From Candidatus Jordarchaeia archaeon (GTDB lineage: Archaea; Asgardarchaeota; Jordiarchaeia; Jordiarchaeales; Jordiarchaeaceae), in the NCBI GenBank assembly GCA_029856435.1, contig JAHQXB010000169.1:1-17786 (forward strand): a stretch of 17,786 nucleotides of DNA. Reading direction: 5' to 3'. Both the position numbers and the translations under genes were made by a program. Positions 1-9,009 of the stretch are shown here, one piece after another (the stretch's first letter is position 1; each line of letters begins with the position of its first letter). The notes under the pieces were generated by a model that worked only from the letters and a program-made list of their open reading frames with translations, was not told where the DNA came from and searched no databases.

Positions 1-99
1 TGGAACATAGCCGCAAAACATCCCATGTGCCGTCCTTTACCGTTGGCGGCGAAAGCCCTCCATGAACCCCTAATGATAAAGGTGAGAGGGAAGGGATGA
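1..99 (+). mobile_element. tnpB: 3' end (last 32 codons) of a probable IS200/IS605-family TnpB (OrfB) nuclease gene, truncated by the window edge
   Basis: Frame 1 reads WNIAAKHPMCRPLPLAAKALHEPLMIKVRGKG*. The xWNIA followed by a PMxR..P..K..E tail resembles, from memory, the RuvC-III end of archaeal TnpB proteins. The DNA is hairpin-rich, as expected where the omega-RNA overlaps the tnpB 3' end. The catalytic Asp would lie just outside the window. Confidence 0.6.
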
Positions 100-125
100 A
101 AATCTACAAATCCCACAACGGTAGG
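25..125 (+). ncRNA. Putative omega-RNA (reRNA) scaffold overlapping the tnpB 3' end; boundaries approximate
   Basis: Successive stems: GCCGTC(28-33)/GGCGGC(45-50), CCCTC(56-60)/GAGGG(86-90), GGGAT(93-97)/ATCCC(110-114). The position matches known TnpB omega-RNAs. Inferred from context only. Confidence 0.4.
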
Positions 126-256
126 TGTAGTTAGTATTCTTTATCTTGGTCACCTTGCCTTGGGCATTTGAGCGCGTGCTAGGGGAACCTTGAACTCATT
201 TCCCTATTTTGTCATATCCTAGGTATGGGATGAGAAAAGTCGAGAGTTAATGTTAT

Positions 257-1171
257 TTATGATAGTAGTTGGCATGCTTTACATATTTTTTCTACGGAGG
301 GTTCGCCGCATATTGAGCATTCTTGTATTGAGTTTTGGCTAATGGTAATTTGAGGGCTAATTTTGTCATAAAGGCGTAATATGTTATATTTGGTGCCCGG
401 TCTTTTGCTTTCTATTTGGTTGAGGAATGAGCGGATATCGTCTCTGTATGCTTCAGGTGCGTATGGACAGGGTTTTGAATTGTGTTTTAGGTTTCTATAG
501 AAGGCATATAGGGTGGTTTCTTTTTCAGGTATTGTTCTTAAAGGTTTTATTCGTGGAACAAGTTTGGGGTGTACCCTTTTATTTGTTGGGCTATTCCTCG
601 CGAGTCTATTTAGGTCTCCTCTAAGAAAGTTTAGTAATATTGTTTGAGTTTCATCGTCAAGGTTGTGGGCGGTTGCTATGCAGTCTACATTAGCTTCTAA
701 GGCGGCTCTATTTAAGGCTTTTCTTCTAAGTACACCGCAGTAGGAACAAGCGCCTAATCTTTTGTCCTCCTCTTTTTCTGCAATCTTAATAATGTCATCT
801 AATGTTTTGCCATAAATTTTCTTATATGAAGATTGAATGAGAGGTATGTCCAAGTCCCAGGAGTGTTTCTTTACCACTTTTAGGTTATTGTTGCTGTACT
901 GAGATATGCCCTCGTCAACATAAATTATTAATAATTTACTCTCAGGGAAGTTCCTTTCAATCTTATTTAGAATGTGCAGAAGCACCACGCTATCCTTTCC
1001 GCCAGATACAGCAACTCCTATGCGGTCTGATCTATCCAACATTTTATAATGGGAAATTGCTTTTTGAACTCTCTTCTCAACCGAGGTAAGAAAGCATTTA
1101 CGACAAAGTTTTTCTCCTGAGTAGGGTAGGAAAACCACTGCGTTTTTTGTGCATTTTTTACACTGTATCAA
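257..1171 (-). CDS. ttuA: tRNA 2-thiolation protein, TtuA/Ncs6/CTU1 (TtcA family)
   Basis: N-terminal CxxC...CxxC, PP-loop SGGKDS, CSYCGVLRR, ATAHNLDDE, CPY and a C-terminal CxxC...CxxC zinc finger. TTG start with GGAGGA upstream. Confidence 0.92.
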   Translation of the reverse strand: MIQCKKCTKNAVVFLPYSGEKLCRKCFLTSVEKRVQKAISHYKMLDRSDRIGVAVSGGKDSVVLLHILNKIERNFPESKLLIIYVDEGISQYSNNNLKVVKKHSWDLDIPLIQSSYKKIYGKTLDDIIKIAEKEEDKRLGACSYCGVLRRKALNRAALEANVDCIATAHNLDDETQTILLNFLRGDLNRLARNSPTNKRVHPKLVPRIKPLRTIPEKETTLYAFYRNLKHNSKPCPYAPEAYRDDIRSFLNQIESKRPGTKYNILRLYDKISPQITISQNSIQECSICGEPSVEKICKACQLLS

Positions 1172-1192
1172 TGGGCGTATTTCCTCCGATTG

Positions 1193-2389
1193 CTAAAGGG
1201 GAGTGAAACCTACGGTTAATATAGGCAAAACTATATTTGCGACGAGCAGAGTAATCGCAGCGATGCGTGTACCATTAACTAGAATTTTTCTTTGCGAGTA
1301 GGGTTTTCTTCCAATTTTTAGCATTTTCTCCCTTGATATAGAGTTTCTTATAATTTCTTCAAATATCTTATCTCCATCAAGAGAGTATATTGGAAGCATG
1401 TTGAACATAGCTACACTGAAGGTGACAATAAAAATCCAGAAAAGTGTCAAGTATAGGTGCGCTGGGAAGCTCATTCCGAGCCACCATACAGAAGGATACG
1501 GCAAATAGAATGGGCGAGGATAAGTTATTCCTATATAACCTCGAGTAGGATTTCGAGGATTTATACTTGTAGTTAGTGTAATTGTTCCTATACTCGTTTC
1601 TAGCACTAAAGTTTCAAAAGGTTTAACATTCATGAGGTAAAGGGTGAAACTTACGTCGGAGAAAACAGGGGTACCATTAATTGCAAATATTACCGTAGAG
1701 GGTGGGAGTTTAAAGTATGCGGGAGAGTTAGGGTCTACGTCAGTAACAAAGACCCCAATTGGGGGACCATACCAAGGAGACAAAACTAGTGCAAAGTTAC
1801 TAAAAAGTAGTAATGCAAGTAGAGCTGACACAAGATTTACTGCGGAGCCAGCGCTGAATATTCTGAGTCTACAGCGAGAGGGGACTTTCTTCAAAAAATT
1901 TTCATCTATTTCTACGAAGCCGCCTGGTATTAGTATAAAAAATAGTAAACCTGCAGATTTTATGGGTAAACCTTCCGCGATGGCAGCTATTCCGTGCGCC
2001 AATTCATGTGTAACTAATGTGATAATTATAGCAATTAGTACATAAATTATTGAATTGCCAGTTATTGTAATTCCTGGAATTATTGGTATTAGAGGTGAGG
2101 CATTTTGAGGTTGGACAAATACGTTGATTAAGTTTCTTAGTAACACCATGATTCCATAACCGAGCGCTGCATAACTTATTGCTACTCCAAGGGTAGCAGT
2201 AGTTTTCCAGAATTTTGGAGACTTTTGTGCAATTTCTGAGATTAACTTGTTAAATCGCTTGGTTTTATACATCAGAAAGAAGGGGGCGATGTCGAAACCG
2301 TATTTTTCTAATTTCAAGTACTTTGCTATAATAAATAGTATCATCCAAAATAGAAAAATTGCTACTAAAATTAAGTATGCGTCTGGCAA
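1193..2389 (-). CDS. Site-2 protease (peptidase M50) with PDZ-like insert
   Basis: HELAH zinc motif, GGFVE, NMLPIYSLDG (NxxPxxxxDG), multiple hydrophobic segments and a PDZ-like GVFVTDVDPNSPA segment. AGGAG upstream of a TTG start. Confidence 0.93.
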   Translation of the reverse strand: MPDAYLILVAIFLFWMILFIIAKYLKLEKYGFDIAPFFLMYKTKRFNKLISEIAQKSPKFWKTTATLGVAISYAALGYGIMVLLRNLINVFVQPQNASPLIPIIPGITITGNSIIYVLIAIIITLVTHELAHGIAAIAEGLPIKSAGLLFFILIPGGFVEIDENFLKKVPSRCRLRIFSAGSAVNLVSALLALLLFSNFALVLSPWYGPPIGVFVTDVDPNSPAYFKLPPSTVIFAINGTPVFSDVSFTLYLMNVKPFETLVLETSIGTITLTTSINPRNPTRGYIGITYPRPFYLPYPSVWWLGMSFPAHLYLTLFWIFIVTFSVAMFNMLPIYSLDGDKIFEEIIRNSISREKMLKIGRKPYSQRKILVNGTRIAAITLLVANIVLPILTVGFTPL

Positions 2390-2644
2390 AGATTACTCCT
2401 TCCTTTCTGGGTAGATTAAAGTTTTAGGGCGCTAGCTTAGCGTTCTCAATAATTTTTTCGGGAGGCTTATTATGAGCTAGTAATTTCTGATAAACCAGAT
2501 AGGGTGATGCTTAAAAAACTATCCTTGAATGTTATGGTTACCTTTTTGGGTTGTATTATTAAAATTTTTGGAATAAAAAAAGTAATGTTTTTTTGGAATG
2601 GGATAAGAGGGTTATTTTGAGCTTCTATTAAGTTCTGGTGAATT

Positions 2645-3358
2645 ATGATGCCTGAGAAACCAGTGAGAATTGGAGATAAAATTGAGGTAAAATATGATGC
2701 TGGTAGATGGATGCTTTTGAGAGAATTGAGAGAGAAAGCTATTCGTATTATGGAAATACTATTTAGGTACGGGGTTCAAACAATTATTCATGGCAGTATT
2801 GCTAGGGGGGATGTAAAAGAGACAAGTGATGTGGATGTTTTTATCCCTTACGTAGTTTCATCTTTTCTGGTTGAGCACGCTCTTGAGAATATTAAGGAGG
2901 ATTTTTTCTTAAGAGAGATTGTTCAAGCTACTCCTCAATATGCTCCTAAAGCTTACATTTACCTTGAGGATAAAGTAAGTGTGTCTTTTCCTTTGGTAGA
3001 CCTTAGACGCTTAGAAAAAGAATTTTACTATTTTGGTGGCGCTTTAAACTTGGATGAGTTAAAAGAGGATAGAAGAGTACCTGGTGTTGATAAAAGGCTG
3101 ATGTTTATAGAGCCGACCAAGTATGGGCATTTAGAAAGTCCGGTGATTGGGAGAGAGGCGACTGTAGCTAAAAGTTTGGGGGTTAGTTTAGATATAGTTA
3201 ATCAGAGAGTAAGAGTGCTTACTAAACGCGACGATGTTGGGCGAACTGGTGTTTATCTTAAGAGAGTTTTGGAGAAAAATGAGAGCTTTGAGCAAGTAAT
3301 AAAAAGAATATCTGATAAAGACCCTATTGTACGTAAACGTGTACAAATAAAAAGATGA
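2645..3358 (+). CDS. Archaeal predicted nucleotidyltransferase (Pol-beta superfamily, COG2413-like)
   Basis: GSIARGDVKETSDVDV motif (GSxxxG...DxD). GGTGA ribosome-binding site at 2637-2641. Confidence 0.85.
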   Translation: MMPEKPVRIGDKIEVKYDAGRWMLLRELREKAIRIMEILFRYGVQTIIHGSIARGDVKETSDVDVFIPYVVSSFLVEHALENIKEDFFLREIVQATPQYAPKAYIYLEDKVSVSFPLVDLRRLEKEFYYFGGALNLDELKEDRRVPGVDKRLMFIEPTKYGHLESPVIGREATVAKSLGVSLDIVNQRVRVLTKRDDVGRTGVYLKRVLEKNESFEQVIKRISDKDPIVRKRVQIKR

Positions 3359-3368
3359 AGGTGATACT

Positions 3369-4457
3369 TTGCGTAAAATTTCTAAGACGGCGGGGGGGTC
3401 AATTTTTATTGGTGAACTATCTGAAGGTTGCCAACTCTGCATTCGTGGCGCCAAATTGGTTTTATTTGTGACTGGTTTATGTGAGCACCCACCAAGTTGC
3501 TCGTGGTACTGCCCTATTTCATATGAACGAAAAGGGAGGGATTTTACTTTTGCTAATGAAAGATTAGTCCTAGATGATAGTGATATAATTAGTGAAGCTA
3601 TCCTTTGTGGTGCGGAGGGAACAGGAATCACAGGTGGCGAGCCTCTCCTTGTTCTAGATCGAACTATTCATTATATTAACCTTTTAAAAAATCGTTTTGG
3701 AGAAAAGCATCATATCCACCTTTATACAGGTAAGAGACGAATCATCAGAGAGGACATAGAAAAATTAGCTGATGCGGGACTAGACGAAATACGCTTTCAT
3801 ATTTCAACAGAAAAAGAAAGTAAAGTTTTAGCTTCTGTGGATAGTTCTTTGAGTGTTGGTGTTGAAATACCTGCTATACCTGGGAGAATAGAACCTACCA
3901 AGAGATTAATTAAATCACTTGAAAGCTACGAGGTTAATTTTCTAAATATTAATGAGTTGGAATTTAGTGAAACGAATGCTTATCAATTAAAAAAGCGTGG
4001 TTATAAACTTGATAAAAACAGTATGATAGCTGTAGAAGGAAGCGAAAATACGGCTATGAATTTACTCGCATGGGCTTTAAGCAATACTGAGTTAAACATC
4101 CATTACTGCCCATCGAGGTTGAAGGGAGGAGTACAACTTAAGAATAGATTATTAAGACGAGCTAAAAATGTTGCCAAGCCTTATGAAAAAGTTACGAGAG
4201 AAGGTCTTTTATTAAAAGGTGTAATCACTTTTGATGAGTCGAACAAAGATCTAAGTCAGATTTATTCGATTTTCAGGAAGTACAAAATTTCTGACCAGTT
4301 AATATATTTAAATAAAGAAAAATTTAGAATTGAAACATCTGTTAGAGTGGTAAAAAAGATTGCGGAAGAAGCCAAAAGGAAAGGATTTAAAGTTGGCATT
4401 TTAGAGGAGTACCCAACAGAGCAACCTAGACTAGAAACCGAATATACACCTCTTTAA
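3369..4457 (+). CDS. Archaeal radical SAM protein (COG2108-like) of unknown function
   Basis: GCQLC..GAKLVLFVTGLC...C...C, GITGGEPL, GLDEIRFH, NINELEFSETN and IHYC segments. TTG start after GGTGA. Confidence 0.85.
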   Translation: MRKISKTAGGSIFIGELSEGCQLCIRGAKLVLFVTGLCEHPPSCSWYCPISYERKGRDFTFANERLVLDDSDIISEAILCGAEGTGITGGEPLLVLDRTIHYINLLKNRFGEKHHIHLYTGKRRIIREDIEKLADAGLDEIRFHISTEKESKVLASVDSSLSVGVEIPAIPGRIEPTKRLIKSLESYEVNFLNINELEFSETNAYQLKKRGYKLDKNSMIAVEGSENTAMNLLAWALSNTELNIHYCPSRLKGGVQLKNRLLRRAKNVAKPYEKVTREGLLLKGVITFDESNKDLSQIYSIFRKYKISDQLIYLNKEKFRIETSVRVVKKIAEEAKRKGFKVGILEEYPTEQPRLETEYTPL

Positions 4458-4501
4458 CTAGTATACCTTCAGCGATTTACATAAAAGCTATTTCTAAATA
4501 G

Positions 4502-5614
4502 TTATTCAGCTAGATGTTCAGCAAGAGGAAATCTTAAAATTGCGGCAATTCCCCCAAATGCTCGGAGCCGCTCTCCAGCCATGTGCAACGTACTTATTAT
4601 ATGGGTTTTTCCCCCCATGTGCTCTGATTGACGTAAAAGTTCATCATACTTTTCTCTTTCTTCAGTATTAGCGGTTCTTAACTTTTCATCGGTTATAAGT
4701 AGTTTATCTACGGCTCCATGTAACACAGCCTTTTGAACCGCCTCATTTCCATACGCAACTCGTTTATCATCTTTAGATAAATGTATGAAAAATTCTTCCA
4801 TAAGCTGTGAGTCTTTTATAACCTTGCTTTCTTCCAAGATTTTTGCTACTATCCCCCTGTTGATAGCCTCGTAAACTCCATTTACGCCCCCATAACTCGA
4901 ACTCTCCAGTAATAAATTATCTTTTAGAACTGGTAGTTTACTAATTAAGTAATTTAGGAAATTATCTTTTGTAAAACCGGGTCCTACTATTACAATTTTA
5001 TTGATGTCTTGGCCAATCTTCAACTTTTGGGACACAATAAATTGATTAAGAGCTTTGTAGACTTCACTAAAAAAAGCCCTAATTGCTTCGTCGTGTTGAC
5101 TTGCAAACCTTTTTCCCGGTATATTCATACTAATATTACTAATGGTGTCTACACTATAACTATTAATTATTGCTATACTTGCTTCGCCTTCCTCGATTGA
5201 AATTACTATTATTTTTGGTTCTTCCCTATGTTTTTCAGCTTCGTCTATCCGCTCCAGAATATATTTTGGCCATTTATTTTTTATTATTTTAATGGGTGTT
5301 CCTGTTTCCACATTTATTGTGTGATACGAACCTCTAGAAACATTCTCTGGTGCACTAGAAATGATTCCTCTCACTCTTAATTTGTTAGAATATTTATGAA
5401 GTGAGGCGTCCTCTACAGTAATGCCTAAGTATACTGGCGTCTTTTCACCTTTATCCGCTCTTAGAGGTTCATCGGAACTTCTTATTCGCCTGAATGTTTT
5501 CGCATAAATAGTGTCGCCTTTTTCTATAATATTGTATAAATGCCAGAGATCGTTAAGCGTTTCTGGTATTAACTTCATTTCTCCCTTATACACCTTGTCT
5601 CTATACACCTTCAA
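4502..5614 (-). CDS. pelA: Pelota/Dom34 ribosome rescue factor
   Basis: LIPETLNDLWHLYNII, GSYHTINV, IVGPGFTKD, GAVDKLLITD, GGIAAILRF. Start reassigned to TTG at 5614 (GGAGGAG 6 nt upstream), which gives the usual pelota N-terminus rather than the ORF-track start at 5671. Confidence 0.95.
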   Translation of the reverse strand: MKVYRDKVYKGEMKLIPETLNDLWHLYNIIEKGDTIYAKTFRRIRSSDEPLRADKGEKTPVYLGITVEDASLHKYSNKLRVRGIISSAPENVSRGSYHTINVETGTPIKIIKNKWPKYILERIDEAEKHREEPKIIVISIEEGEASIAIINSYSVDTISNISMNIPGKRFASQHDEAIRAFFSEVYKALNQFIVSQKLKIGQDINKIVIVGPGFTKDNFLNYLISKLPVLKDNLLLESSSYGGVNGVYEAINRGIVAKILEESKVIKDSQLMEEFFIHLSKDDKRVAYGNEAVQKAVLHGAVDKLLITDEKLRTANTEEREKYDELLRQSEHMGGKTHIISTLHMAGERLRAFGGIAAILRFPLAEHLAE

Positions 5615-5915
5615 AATTATCTCCTCCATGATCGTCGAAGAAACTATAGCCAAGGAGTATGGTGATATCAATACTTTTAAATTATTCTCGATTTTGAAAA
5701 AAGTGTTGTAAAAACTTTTAACCCATTTTTCGTGAGTTTAAATATCCTTTGTTAGAGTTGAAGCTTCCAATAATCAGGCCTTCTCTCTTTGACAGGACTT
5801 CTAGGAGGTCCATAAAAACACATCACCACTGGGGACAAATAATTATCCCCAATAGCTTTGCAGAATCTGGAAAACTTTAACGGACCTTAGATATGCACTG
5901 CCCGTAATTTATTAT

Positions 5916-7076
5916 TTAATCGTAGCTATCTTTCCCCCTCTGTTCTAATAGTTTTCTAGCTCTCTCCTCTAGAATGGATGCAGGGATATCTGTTAGTGTT
6001 ATGACTGTTCTTCTACCTCTTTTGAGGTTTTTTACTACCGCATTGAACAATCCTATATCTGCAAGAACTCTAATATAATTTCTGAAGTTTCTTGTGGACC
6101 TCGGAGAAGTTTGGTATTCCTCACAAACGATGCGGTACTGTTCGTATGCCTTGTGAATTGGTACTGCAACCTCGTATTTTAGGGTGGTGGCTGTTGATAG
6201 TGCGGCAATTAGTTCGTGTCTATGTAACCCACGTAGTATTTCCGGAGAAGTTTCAGGATAAACTTCATTTTTCGCAATCCGTATCATCTCAGGGGTTATT
6301 TTTTTGTCTTCACTGTTTTCAGCTAAGTATCCTGCATGCCGCAAAATTTCTATTCCATGGCGAGCATTTCCGGTTTCACTTGCTATCTTTGCAACCATAT
6401 TACAATTTTCTCGAGAAAGTACGCCCTCATAGAAACTTAGAGACGCTCTGTAGGCAAGTATCTCCTGTAATTCTTGCTCGGTATATCTTAAAAATTCTAT
6501 TACAGAGTGAACATCTTCTATTAGGTGGGGGTATAGGTGTGCTACCCAATCCTCTGGCCTACTGATAATCAAAGTGCTTACCAAAGCGTTTCCATACCCA
6601 AAATACTCCGCACTGCGAATTAAGCCGTGTATTGCTTCCCCGCCTAAGAGTTTAGCATCATCTAAAGCAATTATGAGACGAGTATCTTCCCTCCTAAGTC
6701 TGTCATTTAATTCAATTATTAATTCGTTTCCAGTTATTCCCATAACTGGCACTTTCTTCCAATTTTTCATAATTATCTGTCTTAGAACAGCAGGTAAGGT
6801 GCGTACAGTACTGCAATACATGTATTCAAAAATTATTTTAGAACCAGACCGTCTAGCCATCTCCTCTATCTTTTGTCCAAACAATTTCGAAGTGGCTGTC
6901 TTTCCGAGACCCGCTTGCCCTACCAAGGCGCTATTTACGCTTACCAGTTTATCTGAAAACAGTGGACGATAAATACGCATTAACTGTTCCAACTGTTTCT
7001 CCCTGTGGGGAAGTAGGGGAGGTACATACTCGGGGAACAGTGTACTTTCATCTTTGAACACAGAGGATCTAATCAT
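5916..7076 (-). CDS. cdc6: Cdc6/Orc1 replication initiator, divergent paralog
   Basis: VFKDESTLFPEYVPPLLPHRE N-terminus, Walker A GQAGLGKT, Walker B IIALDD, sensor-2 GNAR and a C-terminal winged helix. Confidence 0.9.
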   Translation of the reverse strand: MIRSSVFKDESTLFPEYVPPLLPHREKQLEQLMRIYRPLFSDKLVSVNSALVGQAGLGKTATSKLFGQKIEEMARRSGSKIIFEYMYCSTVRTLPAVLRQIIMKNWKKVPVMGITGNELIIELNDRLRREDTRLIIALDDAKLLGGEAIHGLIRSAEYFGYGNALVSTLIISRPEDWVAHLYPHLIEDVHSVIEFLRYTEQELQEILAYRASLSFYEGVLSRENCNMVAKIASETGNARHGIEILRHAGYLAENSEDKKITPEMIRIAKNEVYPETSPEILRGLHRHELIAALSTATTLKYEVAVPIHKAYEQYRIVCEEYQTSPRSTRNFRNYIRVLADIGLFNAVVKNLKRGRRTVITLTDIPASILEERARKLLEQRGKDSYD

Positions 7077-7247
7077 AGTTAACTGTAAACAAGTAACGAA
7101 AAATAAAGATTTTTCACAAAATAACTTTACTTTTAATTAGAATCTTCTAAAACAATGTGACAGGGGAAATATTGGAAATGACACATACATAGGACATTTT
7201 ATACGATTAAGATTATTTTTGTAATAAAGAATAAAAAACATTCTGCA

Positions 7248-8456
7248 ATGGAAGGACAAGCGGTGTCTAATATAGTGGAGGATGAGTTAAGCCGCCCATC
7301 ATCGATATTTAAGGATGAATCTAAATTATCTATTGATTACGTCCCAGAACACCTTCCACATAGAGAGAACGAGTTAAAACAACTTGCCCTCATTTTCAAA
7401 GTGGTCTTAGAGAGGCCGGGAAATAGTCAAAAGGTTATTATTACCGGAAATATAGGTACTGGGAAAACTGCTTTAGCTAAAAATTTTGGAAGCCAAATTG
7501 TGGCTATAGCAAACAGAAGGGGGATTAATATTCATTACATTCACATAAACTGTAGACGTGAGAGAACCAGTTTCGCCATTCTCAACAAAATAGTCAAAAC
7601 ATTCAATCCAAACATACCTAGACGAGGATTTTCCACAGAAGAACTATTTCAAATTATGAAGGAAGATTTAGAAGAGAAAAATGCAAATGTCATTCTCACC
7701 CTTGATGAGTTAGACTTTTTATTGAGAAGAGAGGGAGAGGAGCTTTTATACTCCTTAGTTAGACTTTTTGACGAGCAACTGAATGCGGTTCAGCGTCTCT
7801 CACTTATAGGGATAATGAGAAGCGAGGATCTATTTAGGAGTCTGGATTTAAGTATCATCAGCAGTCTACAAAAAAATATTATTCGCCTAAGGGAATACAC
7901 AGCAGATCAGCTTAAAACCATTCTGAGTGAACGCGCCAAAGAAGCATTTCATGTAGGCACTATAACCGATGAAGAAATAAAATTTATTGCGGATATAGCG
8001 GCGAAACAAGGAGACGCTAGATACGCTTTAGAGATTTTATGGCGCGCGGGAAAAATTGCTGACGCGCAAGGCATAAAACGTATCTTACCTGAGCATATAA
8101 GGGAAGCCAAATCAGAGATTTACCCTGTTATTCGAAAAGATGTTCTACGAGATTTGCCCTTTCAACACAAAGCGTTATTATTAGCAATTTCAAGAACACT
8201 TACCAAAGAGAGGGCATATGTAACAACAAGTGAAACAGAGAAAGTATACAAAATTGTATGCGAAGAATATAATATTAGGCCTAGAAGACATACTCAGTTC
8301 TGGGGATTTCTCAAGGAATTAGAAAAGCAGGGAATTATTGCTACAGAAATCTCTGGGAATGGGATGAAGGGGAAAACAACACTCATAAGCCTGCCAGATA
8401 TTCCTACCTCAATCTTAGAACAAGAAATATTGAATTTATTAGAGGGGGTCAGATGA
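7248..8456 (+). CDS. cdc6: Cdc6/Orc1 replication initiator
   Basis: IFKDESKLSIDYVPEHLPHRE, Walker A GNIGTGKT, Walker B LTLDELD, GDARYALEILWRA and winged helix YKIVCEEY..RPRRHTQFW...GKTTLISL. Confidence 0.96.
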   Translation: MEGQAVSNIVEDELSRPSSIFKDESKLSIDYVPEHLPHRENELKQLALIFKVVLERPGNSQKVIITGNIGTGKTALAKNFGSQIVAIANRRGINIHYIHINCRRERTSFAILNKIVKTFNPNIPRRGFSTEELFQIMKEDLEEKNANVILTLDELDFLLRREGEELLYSLVRLFDEQLNAVQRLSLIGIMRSEDLFRSLDLSIISSLQKNIIRLREYTADQLKTILSERAKEAFHVGTITDEEIKFIADIAAKQGDARYALEILWRAGKIADAQGIKRILPEHIREAKSEIYPVIRKDVLRDLPFQHKALLLAISRTLTKERAYVTTSETEKVYKIVCEEYNIRPRRHTQFWGFLKELEKQGIIATEISGNGMKGKTTLISLPDIPTSILEQEILNLLEGVR

Positions 8457-8824
8457 AAGAAAAAATCGAAACCACTGAGGAAAATTCTCTGGAAAAAATT
8501 TTTTCTTCGAAGGGTCGCATAAAAATAGTCAAGGTTCTTGCCCGCGAGGGAGAACTAAACATATCCGAAATAGCTAAACGTGCAAATCTCAACTATGCTA
8601 CCACCAATCAGCACTTGGAGTTTCTAGAAAAAGCAGGGCTGGTTCAAGAGAAGATATTTGGAAGAATAAGGATATTTAGATTCAGAATAGAAAACATAAA
8701 AGCGCAAGCAATCAAGAATTTATTCGATATTTGGGAAGGCACCAAAACAATAGCAGAAGATTATAAGAGGAACTCAATAATTCATTCATACACGCCGAAA
8801 AAATCCACGGCATACGTAGATTAA
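8453..8824 (+). CDS. ArsR-like winged helix-turn-helix protein, translationally coupled to cdc6
   Basis: IFSSKGRIKIVKVL..EGELNISEIAKRANLNYATTNQHLEFLEKAGLVQEKIFGRIRIFR. ATGA start/stop overlap with cdc6. Confidence 0.88.
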   Translation: MKEKIETTEENSLEKIFSSKGRIKIVKVLAREGELNISEIAKRANLNYATTNQHLEFLEKAGLVQEKIFGRIRIFRFRIENIKAQAIKNLFDIWEGTKTIAEDYKRNSIIHSYTPKKSTAYVD

Positions 8825-9009
8825 ATTAAAAAAATATATTCAAATAACAAGTACTTTCCACATTTATAAGGCTTTATGAGAGGAAGCATTTCTGAGATTT
8901 GGAACCCGCATTGTATTTTACTCTGGATTAGACAAAATTAGTAATATCCCCCTTTTAGAACTTCTTCGCTGAGCCGGACACTTTTTCTACATGCGTTTGG
9001 GTGCTACAC

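Noticed and set aside
100-130. CTAC...GTAG reminiscent of a Cas12a direct repeat
   Set aside because: Single copy with no repeat-spacer array. No CRISPR array was found anywhere in the window.
5615-5671. N-terminal extension of pelota in the ORF track (likewise the extensions of trmY and srp54)
   Set aside because: Downstream starts have ribosome-binding sites or ATGA overlaps and give family-typical N-termini.
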